Source: an uncultured Clostridia bacterium (GTDB taxonomy: Bacteria > Bacillota > Clostridia > Christensenellales > UBA1242). From it: a stretch of 64,000 bases of DNA. The stretch's first letter is position 1. Each line of letters starts with the position of its first letter. A program made the translations under genes and the position numbers. Location: NCBI GenBank assembly GCA_930990975.1, contig CAKNRR010000001.1, positions 9,756 through 73,755 of the forward strand, given 5' to 3'. Shown here piece by piece: positions 19,626 through 30,039 of the stretch. The notes beneath the pieces are model-generated. The model did no database searches. It saw nothing but the letters and a program-made list of their open reading frames with translations, and had not been told where the DNA came from.

Positions 19626-20960
19626 TTATAAATCAATATTGTTGTCAGTTTCTGCGTCAGTTTCTGCAATATTATTATTTTCAAAATAAGTGTTAATTAT
19701 TCTTGTTTCTTCTTTTGAAGAAAGAGGATAGAGTTTTATAAGCTCGTCAGAAGAGATACCGATGCGTTTGCTAAATGCTTTTTCTCCTTCAGGAACGACA
19801 GTTGTTTTTAATCCTTTTTCTTTAAGGTATTTGTATCTTGCATACAATTTATTTTCATTTATGATGTATACATTTCTAGAGAAAAATCTTTCTTTTTCCA
19901 TACCTTCATTCATGCAAATTGCATATCTAAGCAATAATTTATTGTTAGGCACAGACAAAATTTTAGGATAATTTACAATATCTCCTTTTGTAAAACCTAA
20001 TGTTTGAATATGGTCAATTTTATTATCTATTGTTTCAGTATTGTAACCCAATGTTGCTGGGGAGTTTAAAATAAATTCTTTAAATTGCTCTTTAGATAGG
20101 TTAAGTTTATTCATATAATAATCAGCCTTTTGAAGAACCGTATCCATATTGTATTCAAGAATTGAAGGGAAAGTAGTAAATTTTTTGATAAATTCTTGCG
20201 AAGTTAAACCAAAATGTTCGTTATAGAATTTTGCTTTTTCCAAAATCAAATCTTCGCTTAAATTGAAAATAGTTGGCAAAAATGCAAGCATTTTGTTGAA
20301 TTGTTCTTTTGTTACGCTGAAGTTATCCATGTAGAATTGTCGTTTTTTAAGCAAGCTTTCTTCCTTGAAGCCCAAAATAGATGGTGATATTAAGATAGCT
20401 TTTGCAATTTTCTCTATGCTTAAACCAAATTCGTTTGACAACAATTCAACTCGCTTTTCAACTGTTTCAACAGGGTAGCATATTATAGATGGGAATATTT
20501 TAAAAACTTTAGATATTTGAGCCCTTGTATAGTTAAATTTTTTCATATAATAATCAACTTTAACCTTGACAGAGTCGTGGTTTAAATTCATTATCATAGG
20601 GTTTAAATGTAAAGTTTTTAAAAATTGTTTAGTATTTAAAGAGAAAGAAAGTTTATAATAGTTTGTTTTTTTAAGCAATGCTTCATCATCTTTAAGTAAA
20701 ATATATGGGTTTTTAAAAATAATATCATTAAGGTCAGATTTATTGATATTTAAATTTTTTTCAATAGATTCGACTTTATTTTTTATTGAATCTTCTGTTA
20801 ATGATAATAAAAATGGTGATTGTGTGACCATTTTAATAAGCTTTTCATTGCTTAAATTAAAATACTCTTTAATAAATTCGCATCTTTTTTTTGCAATTTC
20901 GCTATTTGCAGCAAGTGCGATTCTTTCTAATAATTCATTTTCATAATTTTCTGCAGACAT
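19626..20960 (-). CDS. mTERF-like helical repeat protein (nine 36-aa repeats)
   Basis: Conserved Pro at residues 49, 85, 121, 157, 193, 229, 265 and 301 (exact 36-aa period), plus 332. The repeat pattern is [FL][NG]L[ST]xxx[IF]xxxxxxxPx[IL][LF]xxxxxxxxxKxxYY, which matches the mTERF motif by eye. Confidence 0.6.
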   Translation of the reverse strand: MSAENYENELLERIALAANSEIAKKRCEFIKEYFNLSNEKLIKMVTQSPFLLSLTEDSIKNKVESIEKNLNINKSDLNDIIFKNPYILLKDDEALLKKTNYYKLSFSLNTKQFLKTLHLNPMIMNLNHDSVKVKVDYYMKKFNYTRAQISKVFKIFPSIICYPVETVEKRVELLSNEFGLSIEKIAKAILISPSILGFKEESLLKKRQFYMDNFSVTKEQFNKMLAFLPTIFNLSEDLILEKAKFYNEHFGLTSQEFIKKFTTFPSILEYNMDTVLQKADYYMNKLNLSKEQFKEFILNSPATLGYNTETIDNKIDHIQTLGFTKGDIVNYPKILSVPNNKLLLRYAICMNEGMEKERFFSRNVYIINENKLYARYKYLKEKGLKTTVVPEGEKAFSKRIGISSDELIKLYPLSSKEETRIINTYFENNNIAETDAETDNNIDL

Positions 20961-21073
20961 AATTTTCTCCTAAATAAATAATATATAATTAATTATAACC
21001 TTGATTTTATTAAAAGTCAATAGAGGTCAAAAAATATTTGATTTCTTTAAGAAAAATAAGTATAATCTTAGAC

Positions 21074-22885
21074 ATGGAAAGAATAAAAAAGATAAGAAAT
21101 TTTTGTATTGTAGCTCATATAGACCATGGAAAATCAACTCTTGCTGACAGACTTATTGAAAAGACTGGGACTTTAGCAAAAAGAGATATGCAAGAGCAAC
21201 TTTTAGATAGCATGGACCTTGAAAGGGAAAAAGGTATAACAATAAAATTGACCCCAACACGAATGCTTTACACCTATCAGGGAGAAGAATATGAACTTAA
21301 TTTAATTGACACACCAGGGCATGTAGATTTTACTTATGAGGTTTCGCGTTCTTTGGCAGCTTGCGAAGGTGCGATACTTATAGTTGATGCCTCTCAGGGG
21401 GTCGAAGCCCAAACTTTAGCAAATGCCTATCTTGCAATAGACAACAATTTGGAAATATTGCCCGTTATCAACAAAATTGACCTTCCTAGTGCAAGGCCTG
21501 AAGAAGTGAAAAAGGAAATTGAAGATGTTGTGGGCGTTCCTGCAATGGATGCTCCTTGTATTTCGGCGAAGGATGGAACAAATATTGACCAAGTGCTGGA
21601 AATGATAGTTAAACAATTTCCCAGTCCAAAAGGCGATGAGAATGGCAAACTTAAATGTTTGATTTTTGACAGCTTTTATGATAATTTCAGGGGCGCAATT
21701 TGTTTGATAAGGGTCTTTGATGGCAAGGTTAAAGTTGGCGACCGCATAAAGATGATGCACACTGGAAAAGTTTTTGATGTGACAGAGGTTGGTATTTTTG
21801 TGCCTTTTTCAAAAACTGTTGACATTTTGCAGGCGGGGGATGTTGGCTATCTTGCTGGCTCAATAAAAAATATAAGCGACATCGAGGTTGGCGACACAAT
21901 AACAAATGTTGATAATCCGATAGAAACACCACTTCCAGGTTATAAAAAAGTTCAACCTGTTGTATTTTGCGGAATTTTTCCAGTTGATGGTGCAAAATAT
22001 AATGAACTTAAGGACGGACTTGAAAAATTAAAGTTGAATGATGCTTCGCTTGAATATCAACCAGAAGTTTCGCAAGCATTGGGCTATGGTTTTAGATGTG
22101 GCTTTTTAGGGCTTCTTCACTTGGAAATTATTACGGAGAGATTGGAGCGAGAATTTAATTTGGATATAATCACCACAGCTCCAAGTGTGTATTATCATGT
22201 TTTTAAAACGAATGGAGAAATGCTTGAATTGTCAAATCCTTCTTCACTTCCAAATCCTGTTGAGATAGATTATATTGAAGAGCCAGTTGTAAAGGCTAGT
22301 ATATATGCTCCACCACAATATGTAGGCGCTATTATGGAACTATGCCAAGAGAAGAGGGGTATTTATAAAGATTTAACCTATTTGGACAGCAATAGAGTAA
22401 GGGTTAATTATGTTTTACCTTTAGGCGAAATTATCTATGACTTTTTTGACAGCTTGAAATCACGAACAAAAGGCTATGCAAGTTTAGATTATGAGATGGC
22501 TGGATTTGAAAGAAGTGACCTTGTGAGGGTGGATATTCTTTTGAATGGCGAGAAATGTGATGCGCTATCAATTATTGTGCATAAGGATAAGGCCTATACA
22601 AGAGGAAGGGCATTGACAGAAAAATTAAAGAAGATTATTCCAAGACAATTATTTGAAGTACCTATTCAAGCAGCGATAGGCAGCAAAATTATTGCAAGAG
22701 AAACAGTTTCAGCAATGAGAAAAGATGTACTTGCAAAATGTTATGGCGGAGATATAACTCGAAAGAGAAAACTTCTTGAAAAACAAAAAGAAGGAAAGAA
22801 GAGAATGCGTAAGATAGGCTCTGTTGAAATTCCTTCAGAAGCCTTTATGTCAATTTTAAAACTTGACGATGATGACAATAAATAA
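21074..22885 (+). CDS. lepA: elongation factor 4
   Basis: [18 protein letters not shown] and NKIDL G-motifs. It has the LepA-specific C-terminal region. The start is taken at [10 protein letters not shown]. Confidence 0.97.
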   Translation: MERIKKIRNFCIVAHIDHGKSTLADRLIEKTGTLAKRDMQEQLLDSMDLEREKGITIKLTPTRMLYTYQGEEYELNLIDTPGHVDFTYEVSRSLAACEGAILIVDASQGVEAQTLANAYLAIDNNLEILPVINKIDLPSARPEEVKKEIEDVVGVPAMDAPCISAKDGTNIDQVLEMIVKQFPSPKGDENGKLKCLIFDSFYDNFRGAICLIRVFDGKVKVGDRIKMMHTGKVFDVTEVGIFVPFSKTVDILQAGDVGYLAGSIKNISDIEVGDTITNVDNPIETPLPGYKKVQPVVFCGIFPVDGAKYNELKDGLEKLKLNDASLEYQPEVSQALGYGFRCGFLGLLHLEIITERLEREFNLDIITTAPSVYYHVFKTNGEMLELSNPSSLPNPVEIDYIEEPVVKASIYAPPQYVGAIMELCQEKRGIYKDLTYLDSNRVRVNYVLPLGEIIYDFFDSLKSRTKGYASLDYEMAGFERSDLVRVDILLNGEKCDALSIIVHKDKAYTRGRALTEKLKKIIPRQLFEVPIQAAIGSKIIARETVSAMRKDVLAKCYGGDITRKRKLLEKQKEGKKRMRKIGSVEIPSEAFMSILKLDDDDNK

Positions 22886-23029
22886 TTGAAAATTAAATGA
22901 AATTTTTAAATTTTAATATTAAAAAAATATTTTTAAATTTGTTAAAAATATTTGTAAAAACATAAAATTTAATAAAATCATCAAAAATTGACAATTTTTT
23001 TATTAAATTTTTAAAGAATGGAGGAGAAA

Positions 23030-24130
23030 ATGCTGGGAGTGTATATTCATATACCTTTTTGTGAAAGGAAATGTCTATATTGTGCATTTTCTTCTTTTGT
23101 TAATAAAAAAGATGAGGGAGAAAGTTACCTATCTCATCTACTAAAAGAAATTAACAATTTTGAAAATAAAAACAATGAAGAAGTTGATAGTATATATATA
23201 GGTGGCGGAACTCCTAGTTTGCTTGAACTTGAGGAACTTGATAGAATATTTAAAAAGTTGCACGAAAAGTTTAAAATTTCATTTGATTGTGAAATCTCAA
23301 TTGAGTGCAATCCAAATTCTTTGACAAAAGAAAAGCTGTTAGGGTACAAAAGTCTGGGCATCAATCGCTTATCAATCGGAGTTCAAAGTTTAAATGATGA
23401 GGATTTGAAATTTATTGCAAGACTACATAATCGTGCTATGGCAATAGATGCAGTGAAAAAAGCAAAAGAGTGCGGTTTTGAAAATATAAATTGCGACCTT
23501 TTAATAGGACTTAAGAATGCAAACACCGAAGACTTTTTAAATCAACTTAAGACACTACTTGACCTTGGGGTGACGCATATATCAGCATATATGTTGCAAG
23601 TTGAAGATGGCACACCTCTGCAAAATTTGGTCAAACAAAATGCCGATTTATTGCCTAGTGATGATGAATGCGTGGAAATTTATAAAAAAGCTACAAAATA
23701 TTTGCAAAAATATGGGATTAATAAGTATGAAATATCAAATTTTGCATTAAAAGGTTATGAATGCAAGCACAATCTTAAATATTGGTCAGGGGAGAATTAC
23801 ATAGGGTTTGGCTTATCAGCACATTCTTATATAGATGGAATAAGATTTGCAAATTCAAACAATTTTAAAGATTATTATGCTCAAAAACTTGCTTTAAAAG
23901 AAAAGTTGACGACCAAACAGCTTATAGAGGAGCATATTATGCTTGGATTAAGATGCTGCTTGGGCGTTGATTTGGACTATCTTAAATCTTTGAATTATAA
24001 TTTAGAAAAAAATGAGAATTTAATTTATTTTTTAGAAAAAAATATAATTTATAGAGAAAATAACAGAATTTTCTTGAATCAAGATTATTATGGTATAAAT
24101 AATTATGTAATAATAAAATTAATGCCATAA
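23030..24130 (+). CDS. hemW: radical SAM heme chaperone HemW (HemN-like)
   Basis: CERKCLYCAF radical SAM cluster. It is about 366 aa and has the classic position downstream of lepA. An alternative ATG lies at 23018. Confidence 0.88.
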   Translation: MLGVYIHIPFCERKCLYCAFSSFVNKKDEGESYLSHLLKEINNFENKNNEEVDSIYIGGGTPSLLELEELDRIFKKLHEKFKISFDCEISIECNPNSLTKEKLLGYKSLGINRLSIGVQSLNDEDLKFIARLHNRAMAIDAVKKAKECGFENINCDLLIGLKNANTEDFLNQLKTLLDLGVTHISAYMLQVEDGTPLQNLVKQNADLLPSDDECVEIYKKATKYLQKYGINKYEISNFALKGYECKHNLKYWSGENYIGFGLSAHSYIDGIRFANSNNFKDYYAQKLALKEKLTTKQLIEEHIMLGLRCCLGVDLDYLKSLNYNLEKNENLIYFLEKNIIYRENNRIFLNQDYYGINNYVIIKLMP

Positions 24131-24211
24131 TAAACTTAGACAAATATTGACAATTTTAAGTTGGCATGATATACTTAAATTAATAATTAAGATTGATTTT
24201 TAGGGGGCAAA

Positions 24212-26815
24212 ATGGTGGAACAAATCAATAACAATATGAATGATGTTGATGACAATTTCTCAAACAATGGTCAGCCAATGACTAAAGAAGAAATCATGGC
24301 TGAAGAGCAAAGAATCATCGAAGAATTCAAATATGGCAAGAAAGGTAAAAAACATAAACCTGAGAAGAATAATGAAGAACCTACAGGTAAAAAGAGCGGC
24401 GGGAAAGGAATAATATTTGCAGTTGTCTTTGTCATTGTTGCTGTTATTGTGGGGCTATGTGTTTACTTCTTTGTTATAAAAGACAATGATAAAGAAGAAA
24501 CAACAGAGAAAGGTCAATATGGTGTTTACAGCAATAATGAGGACTACGGCATTGTAGATTGCATATACTCAGAAGGAAGTGGTGACCTTACTATGACTGC
24601 TTATCCAAAAGGACAAAGTGTATTTTTAGGTTGGGCACAAGATAGCGTATATGGAGAAATTGTTTCTCAAGATGCAACCATGACAGTAAATTTTGATGGC
24701 AACAAAAATGTCAAATATTATGCCTTATTCAATCTTACAACAACAAATTATAGTTACAGAAACATTAATTATACATTATTTGTAGAAGCTAGACTTGCAA
24801 CTGCAACAGGGCTTACACAACAATATTCAAACGCTACACTTGAGCTTCCTAAATATGTTCAAGCAACAAGTGCAGACTATATGACTTACAAAATAGCAAG
24901 CAATGCTTTTAATAGTGATAAAGTCACTCAAATAAGACTTCCATCAAGTATAATAGAAATTGGCGATGAAGCATTCAAAAACTGCAAAAATGTTGAGTCA
25001 GTTTTTATAGATGAACAAAATAAGTTCTATGATGATATGGATGGAAAGGGAATTTTAGACAAAAATACAAATAATGTTGTTTTTGCGACAGCATCAGTTA
25101 GCGAAATCCCAGATGGTGCTACTGAGATTGCTGATGGGGCTTATTATGGAAAAGATATAGAAACAATAATTATCCCAGCAAGTGTTGAAAAAATTGGTGA
25201 AGAGGCTTTTGCGAATTGCTCAAATTTGACAGAAGTTATTTTTGAAGGGGACTCAAATTTAAAAATCATTTCAAACAAAGCCTTTGCAAATACTGCTATA
25301 AAAAACATTACATTGCCTGAATCATTGTTAGAAATTGGTGATGAAGCCTTCTACGGCTCAAGTTTAAATCAAATAACTATTCCTGCAAGCACTACAAAAA
25401 TTGGACAGAAAGTTTTTGAAAACAACAAATCTTTGTCAAGAGTGATTATAAATTCTCAAATTACAGAAATTTCTTCATCTACATTTAAAGGATGCAACAA
25501 CTTGTTGAGCGTGATTCTTCCAGACAGTTTAAAAGTTATAGGAGAGAGCACATTTGAAGATTGCACGAAACTTGAAAGCCCTGCTTTCCCAACAAATATT
25601 GAAGATATAAAAACAAATGCTTTCAAAAATTGTGATGCAATAACTAATATTGATTTGACTGGAATTTCTACTTTAAAATCAATTGGAATAAGTGCATTTG
25701 AAAGTTGCGATAAATTGGCAGCGGTAAAATTGCCTGCAAATTTGCAAACTTTAGGAAATGCTTGCTTTAAGAATAACCCAGTTTTAGACGAAGTTGAATT
25801 CGCAGAAGGAATAAAATTGACTTCAATACCTGACCAATGCTTTATGGGTGCAGGCGCTTTAAAGACAATAGATTTGCCTTCAACTTTGACCAAAATAGGA
25901 AACCAAGCTTTTGAAGGCTGTGACTTTACTGTATTAACTCTTATAGGTGACTTGACTTCAATTGGAGAGAAAGCTTTTGCAAACAATGAAAATTTAAGAC
26001 TTGTTAAATTAACTTCTTCAGATTGCACTCTTGCAAATTCAAATGCTTTTGAAAATGCCAACATTGCATTGGTAATAATTGTTCCTAAGGCTAATATAGA
26101 CACTTATAAGTCAGAAAATGGTTGGAGTGATATTTCAGATAAAATCTATGCTATTGAAGATACTGTTATAGATGGAAATGGTTTCGTTTTTACAATTAAT
26201 CATTCAATAGAGCCAAAAAGTGCAATTCTTTTAGGAACTAATAGTGATGCAGTCCTAAATGCAAATATTCCTGAAAAAATTATTATTGAGCAGGTTGAAT
26301 ATTATGTTGAAAAAATCAAAGCTCACGCATTCAATGATTGCGCAAAGATATCAAGTGTAAATATTCCTGCAAGAGTTTTTGAAATAGGCGAGGGTGCGTT
26401 CTTGGGATGTTCAAACATTCAAAGTATAGAAGTTTCTGATGAAAATAAAATATTTAAGGACGACAACAGAAATTTAATTGTTTATAAAGATTCAGGGAAA
26501 CTTGTTTTAGGATGTTCTATGAGCAAACTTACAGATTCTGTAAAAACTATTGGTAAATATGCTTTTGCAAATGTGACTATGACAGAACTTGAAATGCCAG
26601 CAGTTACAAACATTGAAGAGGATGCTTTTGTGGGGGCAAACATAAATGTCATTATAATGGGTTCCACAACACCTCCAACAATGAATAATGATGAGTTTGC
26701 TGATATGAGCAATTTATCAAAGATATATGTTCCAAGTGACAGTGTTGATGCTTATAAAACTCATCCAGTTTGGTCTAACTATACTGATTTAATTGATGAT
26801 ATTGCAAATAAATAG
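24212..26815 (+). CDS. membrane-anchored BspA-type leucine-rich repeat (LRR_5) surface protein
   Basis: N-terminal charged region plus TM (IIFAVVFVIVAVIVGLCVYFFVI). Many repeats are of the form IP.SV..IG..AF..C..L..V (IGDEAFKNCKNVESV, IGEEAFANCSNLTEV, and others). Confidence 0.85.
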   Translation: MVEQINNNMNDVDDNFSNNGQPMTKEEIMAEEQRIIEEFKYGKKGKKHKPEKNNEEPTGKKSGGKGIIFAVVFVIVAVIVGLCVYFFVIKDNDKEETTEKGQYGVYSNNEDYGIVDCIYSEGSGDLTMTAYPKGQSVFLGWAQDSVYGEIVSQDATMTVNFDGNKNVKYYALFNLTTTNYSYRNINYTLFVEARLATATGLTQQYSNATLELPKYVQATSADYMTYKIASNAFNSDKVTQIRLPSSIIEIGDEAFKNCKNVESVFIDEQNKFYDDMDGKGILDKNTNNVVFATASVSEIPDGATEIADGAYYGKDIETIIIPASVEKIGEEAFANCSNLTEVIFEGDSNLKIISNKAFANTAIKNITLPESLLEIGDEAFYGSSLNQITIPASTTKIGQKVFENNKSLSRVIINSQITEISSSTFKGCNNLLSVILPDSLKVIGESTFEDCTKLESPAFPTNIEDIKTNAFKNCDAITNIDLTGISTLKSIGISAFESCDKLAAVKLPANLQTLGNACFKNNPVLDEVEFAEGIKLTSIPDQCFMGAGALKTIDLPSTLTKIGNQAFEGCDFTVLTLIGDLTSIGEKAFANNENLRLVKLTSSDCTLANSNAFENANIALVIIVPKANIDTYKSENGWSDISDKIYAIEDTVIDGNGFVFTINHSIEPKSAILLGTNSDAVLNANIPEKIIIEQVEYYVEKIKAHAFNDCAKISSVNIPARVFEIGEGAFLGCSNIQSIEVSDENKIFKDDNRNLIVYKDSGKLVLGCSMSKLTDSVKTIGKYAFANVTMTELEMPAVTNIEEDAFVGANINVIIMGSTTPPTMNNDEFADMSNLSKIYVPSDSVDAYKTHPVWSNYTDLIDDIANK

Positions 26816-26888
26816 GATAAGGTTTAATTTAAAAATATTTTGGTGGTTTGATTGTAAAGTTAATTGATTTAAAAGCATGGATTAAAGT

Positions 26889-26992
26889 GTGCGGAGAAAG
26901 CAAAAAAAGTTTGAAAGAAATTTTCAAACTTTTTTTAACGCAAAATTATGCGTTGCCATAAAGCCAAAAGGCTTTATGGGCTTTCTCCGCAC
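26889..26992 (+). other. candidate structured RNA/DNA element: perfect four-way junction (copy A)
   Basis: P1 is 26889..26901 paired with 26980..26992 (13 bp, gtgcggagaaagc/gctttctccgcac). P2 is 26902..26936 (15 bp, loop gaaat). P3 is 26937..26954 (6 bp). P4 is 26956..26979 (10 bp, loop aaaa). Only one junction nucleotide is unpaired. Confidence 0.55.
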
Positions 26993-27246
26993 CAACAAAC
27001 TAATCTAAACCCCACGCCATCTACGCCAATACCTCAGCCAATATTCAATGCTAAACCCTCACGCCCAAAATCATTCCAAACCACTCCAATAAACAGCACC
27101 AATGAATTCTGCTAGCGACCTGTATTATAAACTTTATATATATAACCCCAGCCATTTATTCCTAAATCTTTCTTTATAAAGAAGGTTTTTATGAAAAGCG
27201 AATTTAAAAACAATTTTCTTAAAATAGTCAAAATTGATAAAAATGC

Positions 27247-27275
27247 TTGATTTATAAAAATATATGTGTTATAAT
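27247..27275 (+). promoter_or_regulatory. sigma-A type promoter for ylxM-ffh
   Basis: TTGATT, 17 bp, TATAAT, with a TG extended -10 (tgttataat). Confidence 0.5.
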
Positions 27276-27313
27276 GCACAAGTAAAGTTAATTTGCTTTA
27301 CAAGGAAGGCAAA

Positions 27314-27598
27314 ATGAAAATAGATGAAAAATTGCATCTTTTTAAATTGTTTGACATCTATGGCAAACTTCTAAGTGAGGGACAACAGGAGATAATTTCA
27401 TACTATCTGAATTATGACCTTACAATAAGCGAAATTGCAAGCAATTTAGGTGTGTCTAGACAAGCTGTGAAAGACAGCATAACAAAAGGACAAAGCAAAC
27501 TTGAGTTACTAGAAGAAAAGCTTTCTTTAGCAAAAAAAATAGAAATGCTTGAAAAGAAAATAGAAAATCTTGAGAAACAAGACAAAAAGGAGGATTAA
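27314..27598 (+). CDS. ylxM: YlxM/p13-like putative DNA-binding protein (UPF0122)
   Basis: Conserved position immediately upstream of ffh. HTH segment LTISEIASNLGVSRQAVKDSI. The start is taken at MKIDEKL after an AAGGAAGG RBS. Confidence 0.85.
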   Translation: MKIDEKLHLFKLFDIYGKLLSEGQQEIISYYLNYDLTISEIASNLGVSRQAVKDSITKGQSKLELLEEKLSLAKKIEMLEKKIENLEKQDKKED

Positions 27599-28908
27599 TG
27601 GCACTATTTTCATCACTATCAGATAAATTTAACCATATATTCTCTAAACTTACGAAAAGAGGGCGTCTTACAGAACTTGAAATAAAAGAGGCAATGAGAG
27701 AAGTAAGAATAGCTTTGCTTGAAGCAGATGTAAACTATATGGTTGCAAAAGATTTTGTAAATCAAGTGTCTGCAAAAGCTGTTGGCGATGAGGTTTTGAA
27801 GAGTTTGACCCCATCACAACAGGTTATCAAGATAGTAAGAGATGAGCTTACAAATTTAATGTCGTCAAACAATCAAAAATTGTCTGTTGCATCAAATCCA
27901 CCAACAATAATCATGATGTGTGGGTTGCAAGGTGCAGGTAAGACAACAATGTGTGCGAAGCTTGGCGCATACTTAAAGAAATCAGGCAAAAAACCTTTGC
28001 TTGTCGCATGTGACATTTATAGACCTGCAGCAATCAATCAATTGCAAGTTGTTGGCAAACAAGCAAATGTTGAAGTGTTTGAAAAAGGCACTCAAAATCC
28101 AGTAAAGACGGCAAAACAAGCCATCGAGCATGCAAAAAAACAAGGTTTAGATACAGTAATCATTGATACAGCAGGAAGACTTCATATAAATGAAGAGCTG
28201 ATGGATGAGCTTAAAAACATCAAAAAAGAAGTTTCTCCAACGGAAATTCTTTTAGTGGTTGATGCAATGACTGGTCAAGACGCTGTTACAGTTGCAGATT
28301 CATTCAATAAGGATTTGGATATCAGCGGTGTAATCTTGACAAAGCTTGATGGTGATACAAGAGGTGGTGCTGCATTATCTATCAAAGCCATCACAGGCAA
28401 GCCTATAAAGTTTACGGGCGTAGGTGAAAAGATTGGGGATATTGAACCATTCTATCCAGATAGAATTGCAAGCCGTATTCTTGGAATGGGAGATGTATTA
28501 TCCCTTATTGAAAAGGCACAAGAAGCTGTAAGTGAAGAACAAGCAAAAGAGATGGAGAGAAAATTTAAAGAAAATTCATTTACTTTTGATGACTACTTGC
28601 AACAGATTGACAGCTTAAAGAAAATGGGGAATATAAAAGACATCTTGGGGATGATTCCAGGTCTTGGCGGAAAGGTTAAAAACTTGGATATTGATGAAAG
28701 ACAAATGCTTGTAAATAAAGCGATTATTCAATCAATGACCCCACAAGAGCGTCGAAATCCAGAAATAATCAAAGCTAGCAGACGCCAAAGAATTGCAAAA
28801 GGAAGTGGAACTTCAATTCAACAAGTAAACCAACTTTTAAAGCAATTTGAACAATCAAAAGAACTTATGAAACAAATGAAAAGTGGCAAATTTAAGAAAT
28901 TCTTTTAA
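27598..28908 (+). CDS. ffh: signal recognition particle protein Ffh
   Basis: GLQGAGKTT, DTAGR and TKLDGD motifs. It has a Met-rich M domain (LGMGD, MIPGLGG). Confidence 0.97.
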   Translation: MALFSSLSDKFNHIFSKLTKRGRLTELEIKEAMREVRIALLEADVNYMVAKDFVNQVSAKAVGDEVLKSLTPSQQVIKIVRDELTNLMSSNNQKLSVASNPPTIIMMCGLQGAGKTTMCAKLGAYLKKSGKKPLLVACDIYRPAAINQLQVVGKQANVEVFEKGTQNPVKTAKQAIEHAKKQGLDTVIIDTAGRLHINEELMDELKNIKKEVSPTEILLVVDAMTGQDAVTVADSFNKDLDISGVILTKLDGDTRGGAALSIKAITGKPIKFTGVGEKIGDIEPFYPDRIASRILGMGDVLSLIEKAQEAVSEEQAKEMERKFKENSFTFDDYLQQIDSLKKMGNIKDILGMIPGLGGKVKNLDIDERQMLVNKAIIQSMTPQERRNPEIIKASRRQRIAKGSGTSIQQVNQLLKQFEQSKELMKQMKSGKFKKFF

Positions 28909-28980
28909 TAGAAATGATAATTGAGCTATATCCACGATTTAAAAAATCGTTTAAGATATAAATTTTTAAAGGAGGAAATT

Positions 28981-29232
28981 ATGGCAGTAAAAATCAGACT
29001 TACAAGAATGGGCGACAAAAAATCACCTTTTTATAGAGTGGTAGTAGCAGATTCAAGAGCTCCAAGAGATGGAAAATTCATCGACATTATTGGAACTTAC
29101 AATCCACTTACAGACCCAGCACAAATCAACATAGATGCTGAAAAAGCAAACAAATGGCTTAAAAACGGCGCTACTCCAACTGATACAGCAAAGAGTCTTC
29201 TTGTAAAAAGTGGAATAATTGAAAAGAAGTAA
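28981..29232 (+). CDS. rpsP: 30S ribosomal protein S16
   Basis: [37 protein letters not shown]. The upstream TTG extension in the ORF track was rejected. Confidence 0.96.
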   Translation: MAVKIRLTRMGDKKSPFYRVVVADSRAPRDGKFIDIIGTYNPLTDPAQINIDAEKANKWLKNGATPTDTAKSLLVKSGIIEKK

Positions 29233-29320
29233 AAATGTCAGTTTAAACTGGCAATTTTTGCTTTTACAACAAGATAAAGACATCAATTTTTATACTTAAA
29301 TAAAAAAAATAGGAGAGAGT

Positions 29321-29551
29321 ATGATTGAACTTGTAGAATATATTGTAAAAAGTTTAGTTATAGATGAAGATAGCGTAAAAGTAACTCAAACAGAGGATGA
29401 AGGAGCGACAATAATTCATGTTTTTGTTGCACCAGATGATATGGGAAGAGTTATTGGAAGAGCAGGAAAAATTGCTTCAAGTATAAGAGCAATAGTAAAC
29501 TCTGTTTCTTCAAGACAACACAAGAAAGTTGTTGTAAAATTTGGAGAATAA
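29321..29551 (+). CDS. khpA: KH-domain RNA-binding protein (YlqC/KhpA)
   Basis: 76 aa with GRVIGRAGKIASSIRAIV (the GxxG KH motif). It has the conserved rpsP-rimM position. Confidence 0.88.
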   Translation: MIELVEYIVKSLVIDEDSVKVTQTEDEGATIIHVFVAPDDMGRVIGRAGKIASSIRAIVNSVSSRQHKKVVVKFGE

Positions 29552-29553
29552 AA

Positions 29554-30039
29554 GTGATCGAAATTGCGAAAATAGTAAAACCGCAAGGAATAAAAGGCGA
29601 AGTGAAAGCTTTGCCTTTAACTAATGTCCTTGCTGTTTTTAAATCATTAAAAAATTGTTTTGTCGGAGATAAAAATATGAATATAGAACATATTTCTCTC
29701 AGACAAGGATTTTTGTATATAAAATTTAAAGAAATCAAAACAAGAAATGATGCCGAGCTTTATAGAAATCAATTCATAAAGGTTGACAAACAACTTCTTG
29801 AACAAGCAAAAAATGAAGATGAATTTTTGGTTGATGACCTTATAGGAATGGTTTTATATGACACACAGGGCAACCTTTTTGGACAAATTGTTGATGTAAT
29901 CAATTATGGTTCATGTGATATATTTGTGATAGAACACGAAAATAGACATTATGAAGCACCTTATGTAGATGAAGTGTTTATAAAACAGGGGGACAAACTT
30001 GTTGTCGACAGTGAAAAACTCAAAGAGGTTTTGATATGA
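29554..30039 (+). CDS. rimM: 16S rRNA processing protein RimM
   Basis: GTG start after GGAG. It has IVKPQGIKGEVK and a PRC-barrel C-terminus. The stop overlaps the trmD start (ATGA). Confidence 0.9.
   Translation: MIEIAKIVKPQGIKGEVKALPLTNVLAVFKSLKNCFVGDKNMNIEHISLRQGFLYIKFKEIKTRNDAELYRNQFIKVDKQLLEQAKNEDEFLVDDLIGMVLYDTQGNLFGQIVDVINYGSCDIFVIEHENRHYEAPYVDEVFIKQGDKLVVDSEKLKEVLI

Noticed and set aside
25456-26103. Long antisense or shadow ORFs inside large genes (this one, also 48076..48678, 5290..5760, 17141..17476, 21416..21760, 38895..39281 and others).
   Set aside because: They lie entirely inside well-supported genes on the other strand. They have odd composition and no RBS, so they are typical frame shadows.
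27104-27116. Adjacent EcoRI (GAATTC) and NheI (GCTAGC) sites as a sign of an engineered insert.
   Set aside because: Two 6-mers next to each other can occur by chance, and nothing else is vector-like.
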